Positions 24,001-26,283 of a stretch of DNA of 64,000 bases are shown piece after piece. A program made the translations under genes and the position numbers. Location: the NCBI GenBank assembly GCA_964356315.1, contig CAYHHA010000003.1:12010-76009 (forward strand), written 5' to 3'. A model generated the notes under the pieces. The model saw only the letters and a list, made by a program, of their open reading frames with translations. It searched no databases and was not told the origin of the DNA. The stretch is from an uncultured Gammaproteobacteria bacterium (lineage in GTDB: Bacteria; Patescibacteriota; Microgenomatia; UBA10105; UBA927). Within the stretch, counting starts at the first letter, position 1, and every line of letters begins with the position of its first letter.

Positions 24001-24600
24001 ATCTGTTATCTCTCCTACTATTAGCGCTCTCCCCTGCTCACCCAAAAGTATAGATGCCTGTGTTATACGCACGGGCGCTTCTGATTGAAAATTTGATTGA
24101 GTCTGACTATCTCTCGTTACTCTTTGCATCAGAAATAATGAATTCCCTCTCAAAAACGTTGAAACGGAGCTCCATGGCCTTTCGGCGATAGCATTGGTAA
24201 TCCTATTCACGGTAAGCTCTCGATCCAATATTAGTTGTTGTGCACGTAATCTATCCTCATCCGTCATCTCAACACATTGATCTGTCGCGGCATACACCTT
24301 TGGAATAAATCGGTACGTTCGGATCACAGCAAATGGAGAGCCACAGCTTCCTGATTGCTGCAGCGCAAAGGCAAAGGAAAACAAAAATCCTGCGAGAAGT
24401 CCGAGAGAGCCGGGAACCATATGATTGCGAGTGAGCTTCGTAGTTTCGTAGCTTAGTAGCTTAGTAGAACGAGACATGGGACATGAGACATGGGAAGCGT
24501 AGCTTCGTAGCTTAGTAGAACGAGACATGGGACATGAGGCATGAGACAGGAAACAAGAAAAGCGGGAAACGTAGCTTCGTAGCTTAGTAGAACGAGACAT
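1..24600 (-). CDS. Giant multidomain protein A (≥8,160 aa, 3' end/C-terminus beyond window start); N-terminal repeat + signal-peptide-like segment; M48-like metalloprotease, ABC1/UbiB kinase-like, 3× SAM-MTase-like domains. Candidate start codons at 24600, 24528, 24477 (24420 less likely)
   Basis: Minus-strand frame hand-translated over 24,600→17,800, ~12,000–12,750 and 4,900→1 with no stop; the intervening stretches were not translated end-to-end. Only short out-of-frame ORFs appear on the track across 1–24.4 kb (no in-window stop, so the tool cannot report it). An in-frame stop (TGA) lies just upstream of ATG 24600. The protein reads MSRSTKLLSYETTKLTRNHMVPGSLGLLAGFLFSFAFALQ...; motifs are listed as separate features. 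Confidence 0.85.
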   Translation of the reverse strand, partial: MSRSTKLRSYVSRFSCFLSHASCPMSRSTKLRSYASHVSCPMSRSTKLLSYETTKLTRNHMVPGSLGLLAGFLFSFAFALQQSGSCGSPFAVIRTYRFIPKVYAATDQCVEMTDEDRLRAQQLILDRELTVNRITNAIAERPWSSVSTFLRGNSLFLMQRVTRDSQTQSNFQSEAPVRITQASILLGEQGRALIVGEITDPKLQAQAIQLFDAILPYLQDILSVKRIDALSGDEVFSIVKEYDDVASILARTPPASLLQEVIKAIELESSMYSGTIPQSENESSLVLKNIKTAPNALSVNSNVSSLTQASGLDRFQIADDLKQVLWNMGEPLPDDHEFTQLLHAIAKRLQLPSDYQIIALDSDTQNAFHIANETEKIIVMTTGLIRQIKSELAKKGRVLTEDHVAAIFAHEIMHKDTKDRLGESGDWLANVANKKTSITSEEFRADREGMMLLANIGKYNYQAMIDAYTAMGLTTDRGSSHGEIIDRISHLELTATDDLHPIATYTSQKLSPRLLALFDAESKVYVIDDMATLSSSEALEKMRKAETITDFWLYYQAERHAQRVEASKGIAEKINDELQPTIRRLIALQSLRSGLQVLDDSIVDFPKFTNIKEHMRSQILSIIYDSKTMNYYDVITRSLMVDSVYRSQLPSGRVNDAEVQQISAHIAELNRILDVAISELISKNKANTNFSTKNQSFFQSVLDYTQVGNYEVDPPLAILETAFPENSQHVNSYLNDQARKIAINNGVRLPAERTITKDISEPQSIHELKSTSATNLVFGLLEQIPENTDAQQVLSVLIQNEAGVSLEEARAFAGWIMQSPEGEVKWFAFLRAYPRERIPSLYKKLSVVAPILPMRNSPHEQGKSYMESLRTIVNGDLTREALEIPQARGYMTHPLLDKINPSTSQRMKRVDGVPVVKQSDRYYYVHEYEEALRSMFGWELISRGVSEGDISPVFENPKLLNLSESEWGLATDIFTNSPTPYIHIPGVDKFKALLTSREDILNTYISQMRANGSASSEILTIIRSMGKFSISLSSDDLIYLYDHSPWEGKGRIRQFIDLAKKSKSSTDGETERLLKFFARLYKERERGEEINARVRKDEIFNHLFLQAIPDIVKRKEQEKTINAFTKEEEQQIIRVIHTLTSNGIVPDFWSDTFTVKIQKPVFIDIVNYASADTLKELGRLFSSVNSHPFYDERYQAMYGDLSLGEVCTLLSLVPPGSRTPENTRVVEFWNIVRKSVREFPNETAYLDWIEQHFTSSSMRDKLLVIYNEIPTSPLLGQIVIPASARFLSLLNGPDVTGGDMVALASDLKAKGKMAEIQGDLVRRRMSFMRYRTFADSVKDEYFHGYDERDPFVKRYLAEQLFFHEKELFDPQTNFTDRVKLLTSLSPVASPVRDAYVEFLIEEAIDYQKIDKKVALTRISELLSILSPNSSIKQTYGIIALRLLIETTPNFYQDFDSAVRAVVTYLSEPSVARNYYFEQIENNTSVTPEQLERLVSMRVTEEGQAQDSDGNMKANPSVFVMTQLAAGLRKERSDLALWLMQLTTEKPGKVKFIESVSDGSANRLIEVFAGITPDERTIFLNRLLLGAEGILDLRVAEQSGDKGVLEKAQTERKAFLTELSKAFIKEGENSGLFRDLFVFLLEKADPARSTQIVEKLIESSIALKSEGKDMTTPKALSIFLSQLGVAGKKVAQSLSEALWVPEEYRVELRSAQSQADRLTKRAIMILAQSSGLLDPHSPVRIVKFGPLVGAASNKQAIILTIEYEDSFGITQTKDVIGKFKRPSAQKSGALDHDINLLGEVVGFLSQRNVASQLPAGFARQIRSAIEEELVFENERAFREALSADISARGSIPHVALHVPQILFASNVVILEEIALGRGFDSILEEFSHMSEGEQKQSMLQVIRLVNSAIVKEFLSEILDTGNVHADLQPGNIFVETQGEDLIVSILDAGLNERVEKSQMPAIRNLLSGLIVGSQEMVFRALSELGWTDAPKDIPLVQGEFGRNAKLLVESVQRVTTAPPDVVGKTIFAISKLEAYVPQLTAQELSDIRKQTVWINRIIHMVTKVGTLNIVRSVDERIAFGVMDKFASMIEGQSKSAAAIIRTQGGRRPIKVILDSVARLLRQTKSTQPKPDLNSPSGKDSSSSKPTTMDQTSNELQQASEDQVVGPLEAAAKPLSEEISIAVAGVEEKAKTCTPKTGMGIFPTVYALDGNPCSAFWTLVNRIVTAYHNARGVDPSSDVARSWRMPIREAQEWVVISQQAKKLKIGKNIWQQNIEIPYAYRATNEYISSLPFEQRDALTALSDELSVPLIHPAWSLVLGDEDGKKYITELIRNPTENGKNYLQKILTIQGLFPKKMDVDLRQAFSNFFYKNQSYFIDSVYYQKYISPEKLQELIVYMQKNPRFIRLLSTETIALASYIGYMFDYRKDIPIGTFLDAYMDVHTRLTQSGVPLAFVHRLISDSDRYIKNDSGLYERLLYVQHLVPEIALLNRDIRRVKIKNNVLDPLRGSSLYSNRMDWTARVLPILYTQTDRIQKKTIEYIHEHFAELAPTFQQFHIKSIGSVRVWYSEQLLAAILLSDRPEDAIHKAQSIRPEMFETVMFSLSQAGFTNWEVFGNAEINMLLRALNSEDPNHELELFAMQVKKFSDKRLVLGLKYYFETIVSPDSYQKFMELSDEEIHALELYAKGTLQSNKIFVDTLGSMSRQGQAENLIAGYIQATDKSEYLDGLSLFEHSDPEQFSIALRYSPQSEDPVGMLTSLFALRNHISLNVLIEDTGEKKLKLKLSDIPELARISVELDKKFEQYKILPEVRKKILETLVYFDDPIPSGDALLQGFDLVSEFLIHTTNVLSIPKTLSTLLANKEIAQNATSYRVELMRDRLLAYPNIPREQVVATLNTFTDEQTRLFYTVLGQMKTDPPNGSVLKFDTNTEEFIGLMRSIFPNEPQSYLDKIFLAIDTPPSFIRAFLHRDRAVKLMRYAEELYKLESLTDSIWILIRDLIARDDIEIQLAEKILYTEFKKGDLNESAWLADDLYRLVTGAGMLNGIPVKNVDRIRLDLILVGEKLGLVSGGEEMKAKKRAYLLSYAKSDGLDFLGHEAEFIQDEIFATPRTPENEFLRYYRDYRSLRSFFGGKEGLVYFQERTAQKNSRTDPYIGMVASIIKHETNAGNISVVWGFKHELNDPEKLAIVLNELPDEYRSFWETYATEPYLQAPLSQNGLEFYAKNKMSELTGDQKIAVFIKSEVESRNIDQVFRWFSGILAEAERKKRIFLELPLDTVILLRVHSELPSLRELFATKTPDEIVKIFQKEGKIEQFLAIEAMVDESGSLELQKLKTEIMESLLDLEQPLEAFRNIRTIFTQNNTPLIVKLFYVFNSLFPEAKFTPKADIGSPTLLSRTNDAHRRVLIWRDLLSAAVGSGNYELETYLVKLDAGLNVIEKYRSGKHLIEKERKLLKMTMVRLSTVAFVSKKERKPKNIFLNLGMIEDMTDKELQESVNTLYANLQIHPNQTLRERVNELFLIGPKNIGTNMGASLGEVVSKIRSSRIEADARNRAYAKQFGSKLFEAKKGDLIKGQLLVGQLSPSNFYGLLQRGPSMREALGGGYTEKDLTPFGLDLLRFEGDADISGVQLAMNALKGYGHLYVFVHPDGRLNDTGKATTSDPRPEMYITDVVKQDNMKHVDIRGALPSNLISAILLDPEIYTSGDTQKMIYSVIARNGYYIPIFDKDGKLIFTEDQYDTIRESYKGLPEFSGESLAVNTAIKSVSLQQDITTVVAQRDTKKEAQRMSVVRSNVLSIVGDILAKYKIPISGNEVGKVDLKDAVLEDIGSTGRGTNVSGDADFDYTLTLNQALVGKYGSQIAQDLRVAFSALGGQEIHDPLATGTSIQTRFTNVQFSGIEGVIDIDIGINSYIDLINLPSHAAVRRRLDSITEKKRNFVVANILVAKRILKEAKVYKKGTGAGGQAGLGGIGVENWILSNNGNLEIAMKTFWDAAHDPNGGVLTIDEFKGKYGIYDPGINLRGNSFDNYVMNLTESSYVKVLETIEPYVRGSEDTEGLNASINRVVSQFTDPNPVLGIWKKSEYSILPSDLGGGNEAMLVERTDKSKWYVKFQSPDAIASEVLMDSIYKRLGIPVVESTIVQVETENGVKIGRASRWVEESDPRIAEDYKNGFVLDAWLMNFDMKYEKNRKGAIRIDNGSSVLFKSLGERRQERFQTAQVTELISMLDGYPGLDTEAIVNQIDILVDTMTDQVLINLTEQSALRVVDKKKIAEVLIRRREYLRSYAAGLRAPEAENSITQDLPKKCSDCKLLVREIDGKMDEADVIQDEYLRESAYDQIFHTIMEHINDRGLNGKEKKNLALLYHKRAGAHSKLIVADGVITFKEGYENAKYWLMTLEATALLNWQPPTPERVSRYFNQFIKVLTEINSLNTSYEQALFSKPRTYIAQFSGYLKSFFVRFIQPIRSALPSTTKNRPAQTQVQIAAEPELPSSQNDVFASPTKSEITGPLAEFIPEGYPLLLLSGTSQKNAESVEELGFAEGTLTTSFSDTQSDRFALRPEGGALLVALRTPGVFETGEVPGGAGYPGQYFKVKPKTGSQREIQFRAESTDPLLGDDVKMITDKYVDPKNMGSMQLTSEQTTFIDFVDSILRGSYIRKFDRQKIQKLAQKWEKTGISLQVFKTVPIGAPQSVGMSDEDYLELYDAKQQEKTATLLNIPVADLESWDSFQKTVGEKFPTEDAFLEAVVEEFPGKISWQWKNIQLDDLSIIRAILLNLYQLQIIYSLESLYNKVEPAPFLIFPKGRSIAGYDAYVQRSKQGQSSSVDKQPSLDSTAVKDDDKSIGLPETSAQPVPADYRAFAQAHAQNVLNTEQITQVLDIIQAVLPSLQSGVVSEEDIVAFVVNPDVENPKALLIRKLFETGPPSLQKLLELEESSKYSRYFETKPLLQKTLQFIQENSRSTDAKAEFATAKNLEEAIVKDSDYIARIQSIPKYAHSGYIKGLIEDSLDIFIARKGVTFLTEKEKETIQNNLSSQYHRAMFRSFFQFLKQLGADAKDTSNQLTYLDMNTASRSERTLCRIELFWMKYIFPIYDPAGRYIAQKKPLKHMPSVGAKYHVTIGWFKNITFTLNSRGWDTDRDRGNYTDLLFADAKMLRKRTPGSTENMPTEQEVFADDQVVLDLGSGEALADVAFSRVYPKAKIIGIDFGYDTRKKVDITKRGLQLVKEDWFTLDGIPDNSVDTFLSNNGGMMHGLKEGEEKALQFINAVSRIAKNGARIISADVEGEYAELFSAYGWVEQNGILIKKNPVQENVPQQKSAVIEKETITKVAGDSMLIAQELVTSYLEESVKAGLSDKSTRESGATKYRAKNYLVFNIPQFSLQFSAYIAKHTQSLIYILKTYDNAIKNRMQGQKMASSQQQILLNQLLDSEKKPFFDIQHNPASFEEYLRSVYGKIANIHIESASIDDEIRRKVAEEVVKNAISDKRLRDELLALPTAELIEKMDQYSTLQREFLKGLNVSHIVIQTGNVTMRIPIMVTNMDAQSSFLKASQTFGVAIQTTINGEPRHMLFISDEFDNQGLVSALAFIAHEIDHAVTYSYQEQFLVHPNLNDEEKYIESIVDEMGGELAASRFLNTLADGMDQNSENELAAKVRLLDIEHQLQRQSIISTDDKYYSIGIMLGKALQKQLGDEKVLEFLHTSPVKRKIDSIREAISMAEAQIEKQKTIADAFLDTLESRGVEHELPLTQEAEDALQDVASNSNSPDAVSQAAHDDSASIGPLETVARTVAAKAAIAVEGVEDEAKSCIPTPGIGIFSTVYAVNGNPCTRFLTWVKRFITAYHKARGVDPSSDVARSWMMPFRGMMQFFSRTTLKVDGRNVVGNTQPREFSKSLFVTRDEALLGLESYHKMLVALPKTLAEKVQRYPRIRSLYSGVIPELEPEDIYQENGAYFTNEEARVIKNIMEKDKNYLFISDTSDAMYGSLINVRSVTRVINNNRDVFTEFKGIVDEKTVRDAINNNFNDLSKGEKRYGLISGFPRNAVNFNDNFTIIQKKVLRNFSPIKNDLWIVHDAIFLNKQYSKAELKLAAENSKLFTIEEIEILLKYRSVGGNSSFFGYFGFSDEDEQWARDLELLYREAVAVTYSGNIRYVLSYLHNAPVKASQDIFSVNLTGLSFSQKFMIQAERFWINRIFPLYDPVGNFILKSIALEPKENGSVKIPMGIFKRVTYTEAGRGLWSVVRNMTEYASLFRSRNLSAITSDADPAFASPTEQDVFKKGNVTLNLGSGLAVADLEFSRKYPDATIIGIDNGYEKQLPIDIHKPGLQLSKEDWNVLGGIPDNSVDTFLSYQGAMLHGTEIANEDPIKMISAVTRKAKMGAIILLDQLTSSQDFDPMYLDIFEEFGWDVYQDKTTERYIFQKTKSLSKYAHFLASFDYEKINSELLQISDERMRTRGFYNDLHLVMFQQYRKLFDLKDAGDVQINVIRKIIADILGEHDYRIIPAEIYKQEMGVMENIFMNMSSYLKNSANVDGTTQHQLNAMISQVVISQSELLAQGDVEVVMNIIKADQRYKDLTAGRGSPENDAIDAYIRKALEAKEKSPAPSDPLTKIPLLRGQNSISDELHRLYRPMTIEATQKETVRKINTRELTAIGSGGQRQVFDIGNNEVLKINIVTTTNQIQMLNEIAVMIADPYMKQFLKGWGMTEAGGYYIILSKAVSIVTISDYKTDQIIGLSDYQKILASISSANGVMEKERLMQKYFLTEGDLEQLPGLFALAKRYELFDFSTTQIGRSPDGRLMIIDLGVANFPEKESVIQEVIRVASKNSTEPIAPKDGSKPNSQQSVIQETGGGRCSDCSYIKLVTEKTLKEVDRLLERGKDSYKGQAVKKLEQLISYVLTDHAFDEDIIQSGLGMQIMERLGEAMQSPAGYEAALQFADSARKLTEAIFRSHEWELPEPSVLNDDEDQFLSFDSPNSFISPPYLNDTEALYGEFYLNLLTYIDTLTTDKGSVKPVTPSDTAYVQKILKKGAGYWLRTRFPWLRAEEKLIADLESKKITIDTTPKTKREAQVRAFGQLMRYLRSLIWPEKYTTFTYNGALFFIDPKTGNLALANAPGAIPGRILLGSDMQTGIWDARYILEDDIFEIGEGHRVTYSISRAPGGDELVLSKRSFKKAVTPDEQPSQDVWIPEDIELPGFDRAKFVGYTEMETTLPVAPLPYTSIWQYVWDIIDPQPIFTQYGNTTNRNASDYLSHLFNSSEEIQSIPFYASTGEQYLAREKPSAIFGGVDGFFTPGTRVLDDGAGEAVAIRQLEQQYRDRNISWVAADLNYSFDRQMTNRSGVQLVRDDWDSLAHIPNQSIDRIMSVQAIGKWGEWKTVQAIDRVARPGAILRFDYSKRDGSKIDFINELVRLGWDVYEEQSVITARKSTGKTPKTTDLVPIEVQTEKKKGCEIPFKAFVSRVFAQSASTGCVILSAGQTYTIKNETITIPVSGTYTLNGEKNEYVFDKDTQIKFDNDRTMMIVGTDITIVGSDIIPLSSLNKSVFDMMVVQDNSSAVLIGTNAKIHHEGNDWFVVIPSGAQNVLLNGTTVDSEKIQIHPNDVFEYNNQLFTFEEFGRNTVYLKRPVMAVGGLAYTHIASDLRDKVSYRSNGNAVFPETLMISRMNKLKIDELVPYWLTYDNMVNLSKLLNQYHDDSKIEVARKILEKDGIYGHAPSRGDKEEVMNGLRHTLEFGFRHNPGESLMYGEFGKAPIGESAGRFFEGYAVLMVLPKGVKMKDIIVKDEINGVDIIPPDALMFLVGSDYEAQAFVAWLLNDYYFRNGMNEANVNAFDWVSQHVISVDRVIELEKEGKSLRDISPVTEYLQQKKPVQEMNPGFVQKDSGCEAALNPFVSRVFAAGENCVFMAPGGEYFDGVTTVAIPTYGWYTTSGGSWGVITPSSKSIGVTKGETVTFRTIGRSETLDTATALLPRAYLSNFDAIAQRVASAQPALIQSGEFEKIVDMIPSDLEYKSLFSDRGPPEIATIKAYLLARIASIATSQATPATPPETQPLTRIQRLFNSLAMVFRRSNQGPSRAVTDVTTATYPDAPDDVHARQPAVSTELTADIRKILEDDLKKKGIINLPPAVHEELLRRLSNQMLNGILRKDLQSFDPADYEDIEIYGENGKALSLSQKKAMFMSIEQTYKKALPIYGVAWHVFQRKNPLYKALYFFDMEYLS
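2440..2800 (-). other. Class I SAM-dependent methyltransferase-like domain (copy 3) in giant A
   Basis: GTRVLDDGAGEAVAIRQLEQQYRDRNISWVAADLNYSFDRQ…QLVRDDWDSLAHIPNQSIDRIMSVQAIGKW. Confidence 0.45.
5640..5870 (-). other. Class I SAM-dependent methyltransferase-like domain (copy 2) in giant A
   Basis: GNVTLNLGSGLAVADLEFSRKYPDATIIGIDNGYEKQ…DWNVLGGIPDNSVDTFLSYQ. It is paralogous to copy 1. This is also the source of the look-alike + strand artefact ORFs at 5720 and 8882. Confidence 0.55.
7070..7330 (-). repeat. Intragenic dispersed repeat X, copy 2 (~80–85% nt identity to 17,882–18,140); encodes GPLE…GIGIF.TVYA.NGNPC…TAYH.ARGVDPSSDVARSW module
   Basis: Direct comparison gives 'gatcgagcaacatcactactcggatctac[t/c]cctctagc…' at 7,070 versus 17,882. 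The proteins also align. Confidence 0.7.
8890..9125 (-). other. Class I SAM-dependent methyltransferase-like domain (copy 1) in giant A
   Basis: ADDQVVLDLGSGEALADVAFSRVYPKAKIIGIDFGYD…DWFTLDGIPDNSVDTFLSNN. Motif I is VLDxGxG, motif II is IIGID, and post-II is D.SVD. Confidence 0.55.
12020..12480 (-). other. Possible atypical (lipid/protein) kinase-like segment in giant A
   Basis: …GGGNEAMLVERTDKSKWYVKFQ…DSIYKRLGIPVVE…NGFVLDAWLMNFDMKYEKNRKGAIRIDNGSSVLF. This fits a Lys – catalytic D..N – (I)D.G arrangement reminiscent of PI3/4K- or CotH-like atypical kinases. Motif-level only. Confidence 0.25.
17882..18140 (-). repeat. Intragenic dispersed repeat X, copy 1
   Basis: See copy 2. The two copies are ~10.8 kb apart within giant A. 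Confidence 0.7.
18650..19600 (-). other. ABC1/UbiB-family atypical kinase-like domain in giant A
   Basis: LGVAGKKVAQSLSEALWVPEEYRVELRSAQSQAD (ABC1 N-lobe LGP.fIKlGQ..StR.DllP.ey..eL..LQD); IVKFGPLVGAASNKQ (P.AaASiaQVH); VHADLQPGNIFV…ILDAGL (HaDpHPGNilv…IDfG). HADLQPGN lies at ~18,820–18,843. Confidence 0.6.
23128..23580 (-). other. Peptidase M48 (HtpX/Ste24)-like zinc metalloprotease module in giant A
   Basis: Translation …DSDTQNAFHIANETEKIIVMTTGLIRQIKSELAKKGRVLTEDHVAAIFAHEIMHKD…SEEFRADREGMMLLAN. It matches the M48 pattern NAFA…V.V.TGLL…E.EAV.AHEI.H … EF.AD. The HEIMH codons sit at ~23,359–23,373. Confidence 0.6.
24343..24420 (-). other. Signal-peptide-like / N-terminal hydrophobic segment of giant protein A (…KLTRNH-MVPGSLGLLAGFLFSFAFALQQSGS)
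   Basis: A positively charged n-region (K, R) is followed by a ~18-residue hydrophobic core and an A-x-A-like site (AFA|LQ). There is no lipobox. Confidence 0.5.
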
Positions 24601-24612
24601 GGGACAAGAAAC
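24434..24612 (-). repeat. Tandem repeat (units of 51 and 72 bp, core gtagcttcgtagcttagtagaacgagacatgggaca ×3) overlapping the 5' end of giant gene A; each unit carries an in-frame ATG (MSRSTKL[R/L]SY)
   Basis: Exact cores lie at 24,499–24,534 and 24,571–24,606, with a variant at 24,440–24,478. ATGs at 24477, 24528 and 24600 are all in frame, so the unit lengths are multiples of 3. Confidence 0.8.
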
Positions 24613-24699
24613 ATGAGACAAGAGAGTAGAAATGAGATGAAAGAATAGATGAAATAATTTCACGGTAATTACGGCGTAAAATAGCCTCAATTATCAGTA

Positions 24700-24735
24700 T
24701 GCAGAACCCCGTGAAATAGTGCAAGGGGTTATTAT
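24700..24735 (+). terminator. GC stem hairpin aaccccgtgaaatagtgcaaggggtt followed by ttattatatata (terminator-like on + strand; function unclear because no + strand gene lies upstream)
   Basis: Inverted repeat aacccc/ggggtt with a 14-nt loop and an A/T-rich tail. Confidence 0.2.
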
Positions 24736-24930
24736 ATATAAGTTGGTTAAGAAGCTTGGTAGCTTAGCAAATGGAAGTAGCTTAGACGGACAAAAAAAGC
24801 ATTTAGATTAGGATGAGAGTGAGCTTCGTGGCTTTGAATTTGGGGTAAGTAGCATGTAGTATGGAGAAAGGAGTACGACAATTCTCCCCTTATCCCTTAC
24901 TACATATACCGTACTACATTGCGGGATGTT

Positions 24931-25020
24931 GGATTTAGGATTTATGATTTAGGATTTTAGAGAGGCACAGGATACTAAATACTCGATACAAAATACAAGA
25001 TATTGGATTTAGGATTTAAG
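24931..25020. repeat. Dispersed direct repeat copy 1: (GGATTTA)n array + 66-bp core gatttaggattttagagaggcacaggatactaaatactcgatacaaaatacaagatattggattta + GGATTTA units
   Basis: It is identical to copy 2 (25,511–25,593) apart from one core mismatch and one extra heptamer unit. Confidence 0.8.
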
Positions 25021-25025
25021 AGTTC

Positions 25026-25050
25026 GAATTATGAATTATGAATTATGAAT
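25026..25050. repeat. Heptanucleotide tandem repeat (GAATTAT)3+GAAT
   Basis: Direct reading gives gaattatgaattatgaattatgaat. Confidence 0.8.
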
Positions 25051-25092
25051 AGTTGGGATACGGGAACCATAACGACAAAAACTATTCCATTT

Positions 25093-25110
25093 TGTCTACT
25101 ATAGTAGACA
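25093..25110. promoter_or_regulatory. 18-bp perfect palindrome tgtctacta|tagtagaca (candidate operator); third TGTCTA half-site at 25,127
   Basis: A perfect inverted repeat, with one additional half-site 17 bp downstream. Confidence 0.45.
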
Positions 25111-25424
25111 TTTTAGTGTTGTTTTTGTCTATACCACGTTGTATGAGGCATGTTATTTTTTCAGAAACACCAGTTTGTGACTGCAACGATGGGTATATAC
25201 CAAATCGAAGCAGTATATCAAGATGATCTTTAGGAGATGTTAGTGTATCAATGGGTATCTCCGAAAGTGCTAATGGGTAGAGAAAAAACTGTCGGATACG
25301 ACAAGTAAGTAGCTCCGGATCTTTTAAAGATACTCTATTACATTAATCTATAGTTCTATCAAATATCATGATTACGTTACACTATACGTATAGGTAATTG
25401 TCAATTTCTAACTAGAAAGACACG

Positions 25425-25480
25425 GCCAAAGCTAAGCTTTTTCGGCAGAATTGATCCACAAAGCTTAGCTTTTTCCGTTA
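25425..25480. promoter_or_regulatory. Pair of 13-bp quasi-palindromes aaagctAagcttt / aaagctTagcttt (mutual reverse complements) 33 bp apart, each followed by ttc(g/c)g
   Basis: Direct reading; a candidate paired regulator-binding site. Confidence 0.4.
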
Positions 25481-25510
25481 TGAATTTCAGAGCTATTTAC
25501 GCTACGCTTT

Positions 25511-25593
25511 GGATTTAAGATTTAGGATTTTAGAGAGGCACAGGATACTAAATACTCGATACATAATACAAGATATTGGATTTAAGATTTAAG
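25511..25593. repeat. Dispersed direct repeat copy 2 (580 bp from copy 1)
   Basis: See copy 1. Confidence 0.8.
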
Positions 25594-25644
25594 ATTTTGG
25601 AATACAGAATACTGTATACAAAATACTAGAATGGGGCGAGCGAG

Positions 25645-26283
25645 TCACCGTATGCTTTCTGACTGAAGAAACTGCTTGACAGTTTCATCCGGCACCTCAT
25701 GCCCTGGCATATACGTGACTTCCTCCGTATAATCAATATCGTCAAAATATCCCAGCTGTTCACGAAATAATTTCTCATTAAATTCGCCACCAAAAATCTT
25801 TCGACTTTGGCGTATAACATCCGCAAAAGGTATTGTTCGAAAGATTTGGTACAAATCGACGTAATCTTTCCATTTTGCACGTCTCGATAGAGCGTACGCC
25901 TTCATTGCGGATAGCGATAACAGGCTTGGCATGCCGATAATTCCGTCAAAATCGTCAGGACATTCGAGTGAAAATGGATACTGAAGAAATGTCCATTTCA
26001 CCCCTCCAAACGCAAGCGTCAGCTCCTGTTCCTCTGAAACGAGAATACTGTCGATGCCACCATGTTTCCTCAGGGTATCCTGGATGGCATCCCGTTGTAG
26101 AGATTCCTGTGTCATGCAGTCAAAATCCACGGAACGCCGGTGACCCAAATGAAGCGCAATTGCCGTTCCCCCGATAAGGCTGAAGGAATGACGAAACTGC
26201 GCAAGGACCGGAAGAAGTTTATATTGCTCTGGCGCTAAAATATCAGGATGCATAGGCTGTATAATATCTGGAAAAATACGCAA
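25645..26283 (-). CDS. AbiEii/AbiGii-like nucleotidyltransferase (DUF1814-type type IV TA toxin family) – 212 aa; alternative start at M11 (26253)
   Basis: LIGGTAIALHLGHRRSVDFDCMT matches the AbiEii GGTaL…R.SeDiDf nucleotidyltransferase signature. It overlaps the upstream small ORF by 41 nt. Confidence 0.55.
   Translation of the reverse strand: MRIFPDIIQPMHPDILAPEQYKLLPVLAQFRHSFSLIGGTAIALHLGHRRSVDFDCMTQESLQRDAIQDTLRKHGGIDSILVSEEQELTLAFGGVKWTFLQYPFSLECPDDFDGIIGMPSLLSLSAMKAYALSRRAKWKDYVDLYQIFRTIPFADVIRQSRKIFGGEFNEKLFREQLGYFDDIDYTEEVTYMPGHEVPDETVKQFLQSESIR

Noticed and set aside
24434-24612. Possible CRISPR array suggested by repeated ~36-bp cores
   Set aside because: The units are contiguous tandem repeats (51 and 72 bp) without unique spacers of regular size. 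They are in frame with, and contain, the ATG start codons of giant gene A, and no cas genes are present.
24613-25644. Hidden small protein gene or tRNA in the 1.1-kb intergenic region
   Set aside because: There is no ORF ≥60 aa on either strand (the longest I found by eye is ~29 aa) and no cloverleaf-compatible segment was seen. The region is better explained by repeats and operator-like palindromes.
25626-25880. 84-aa minus-strand ORF overlapping the AbiEii-like gene
   Set aside because: It is an alternate frame inside the better-supported 212-aa ORF, which carries the GGT…R.S.D.D nucleotidyltransferase motif.
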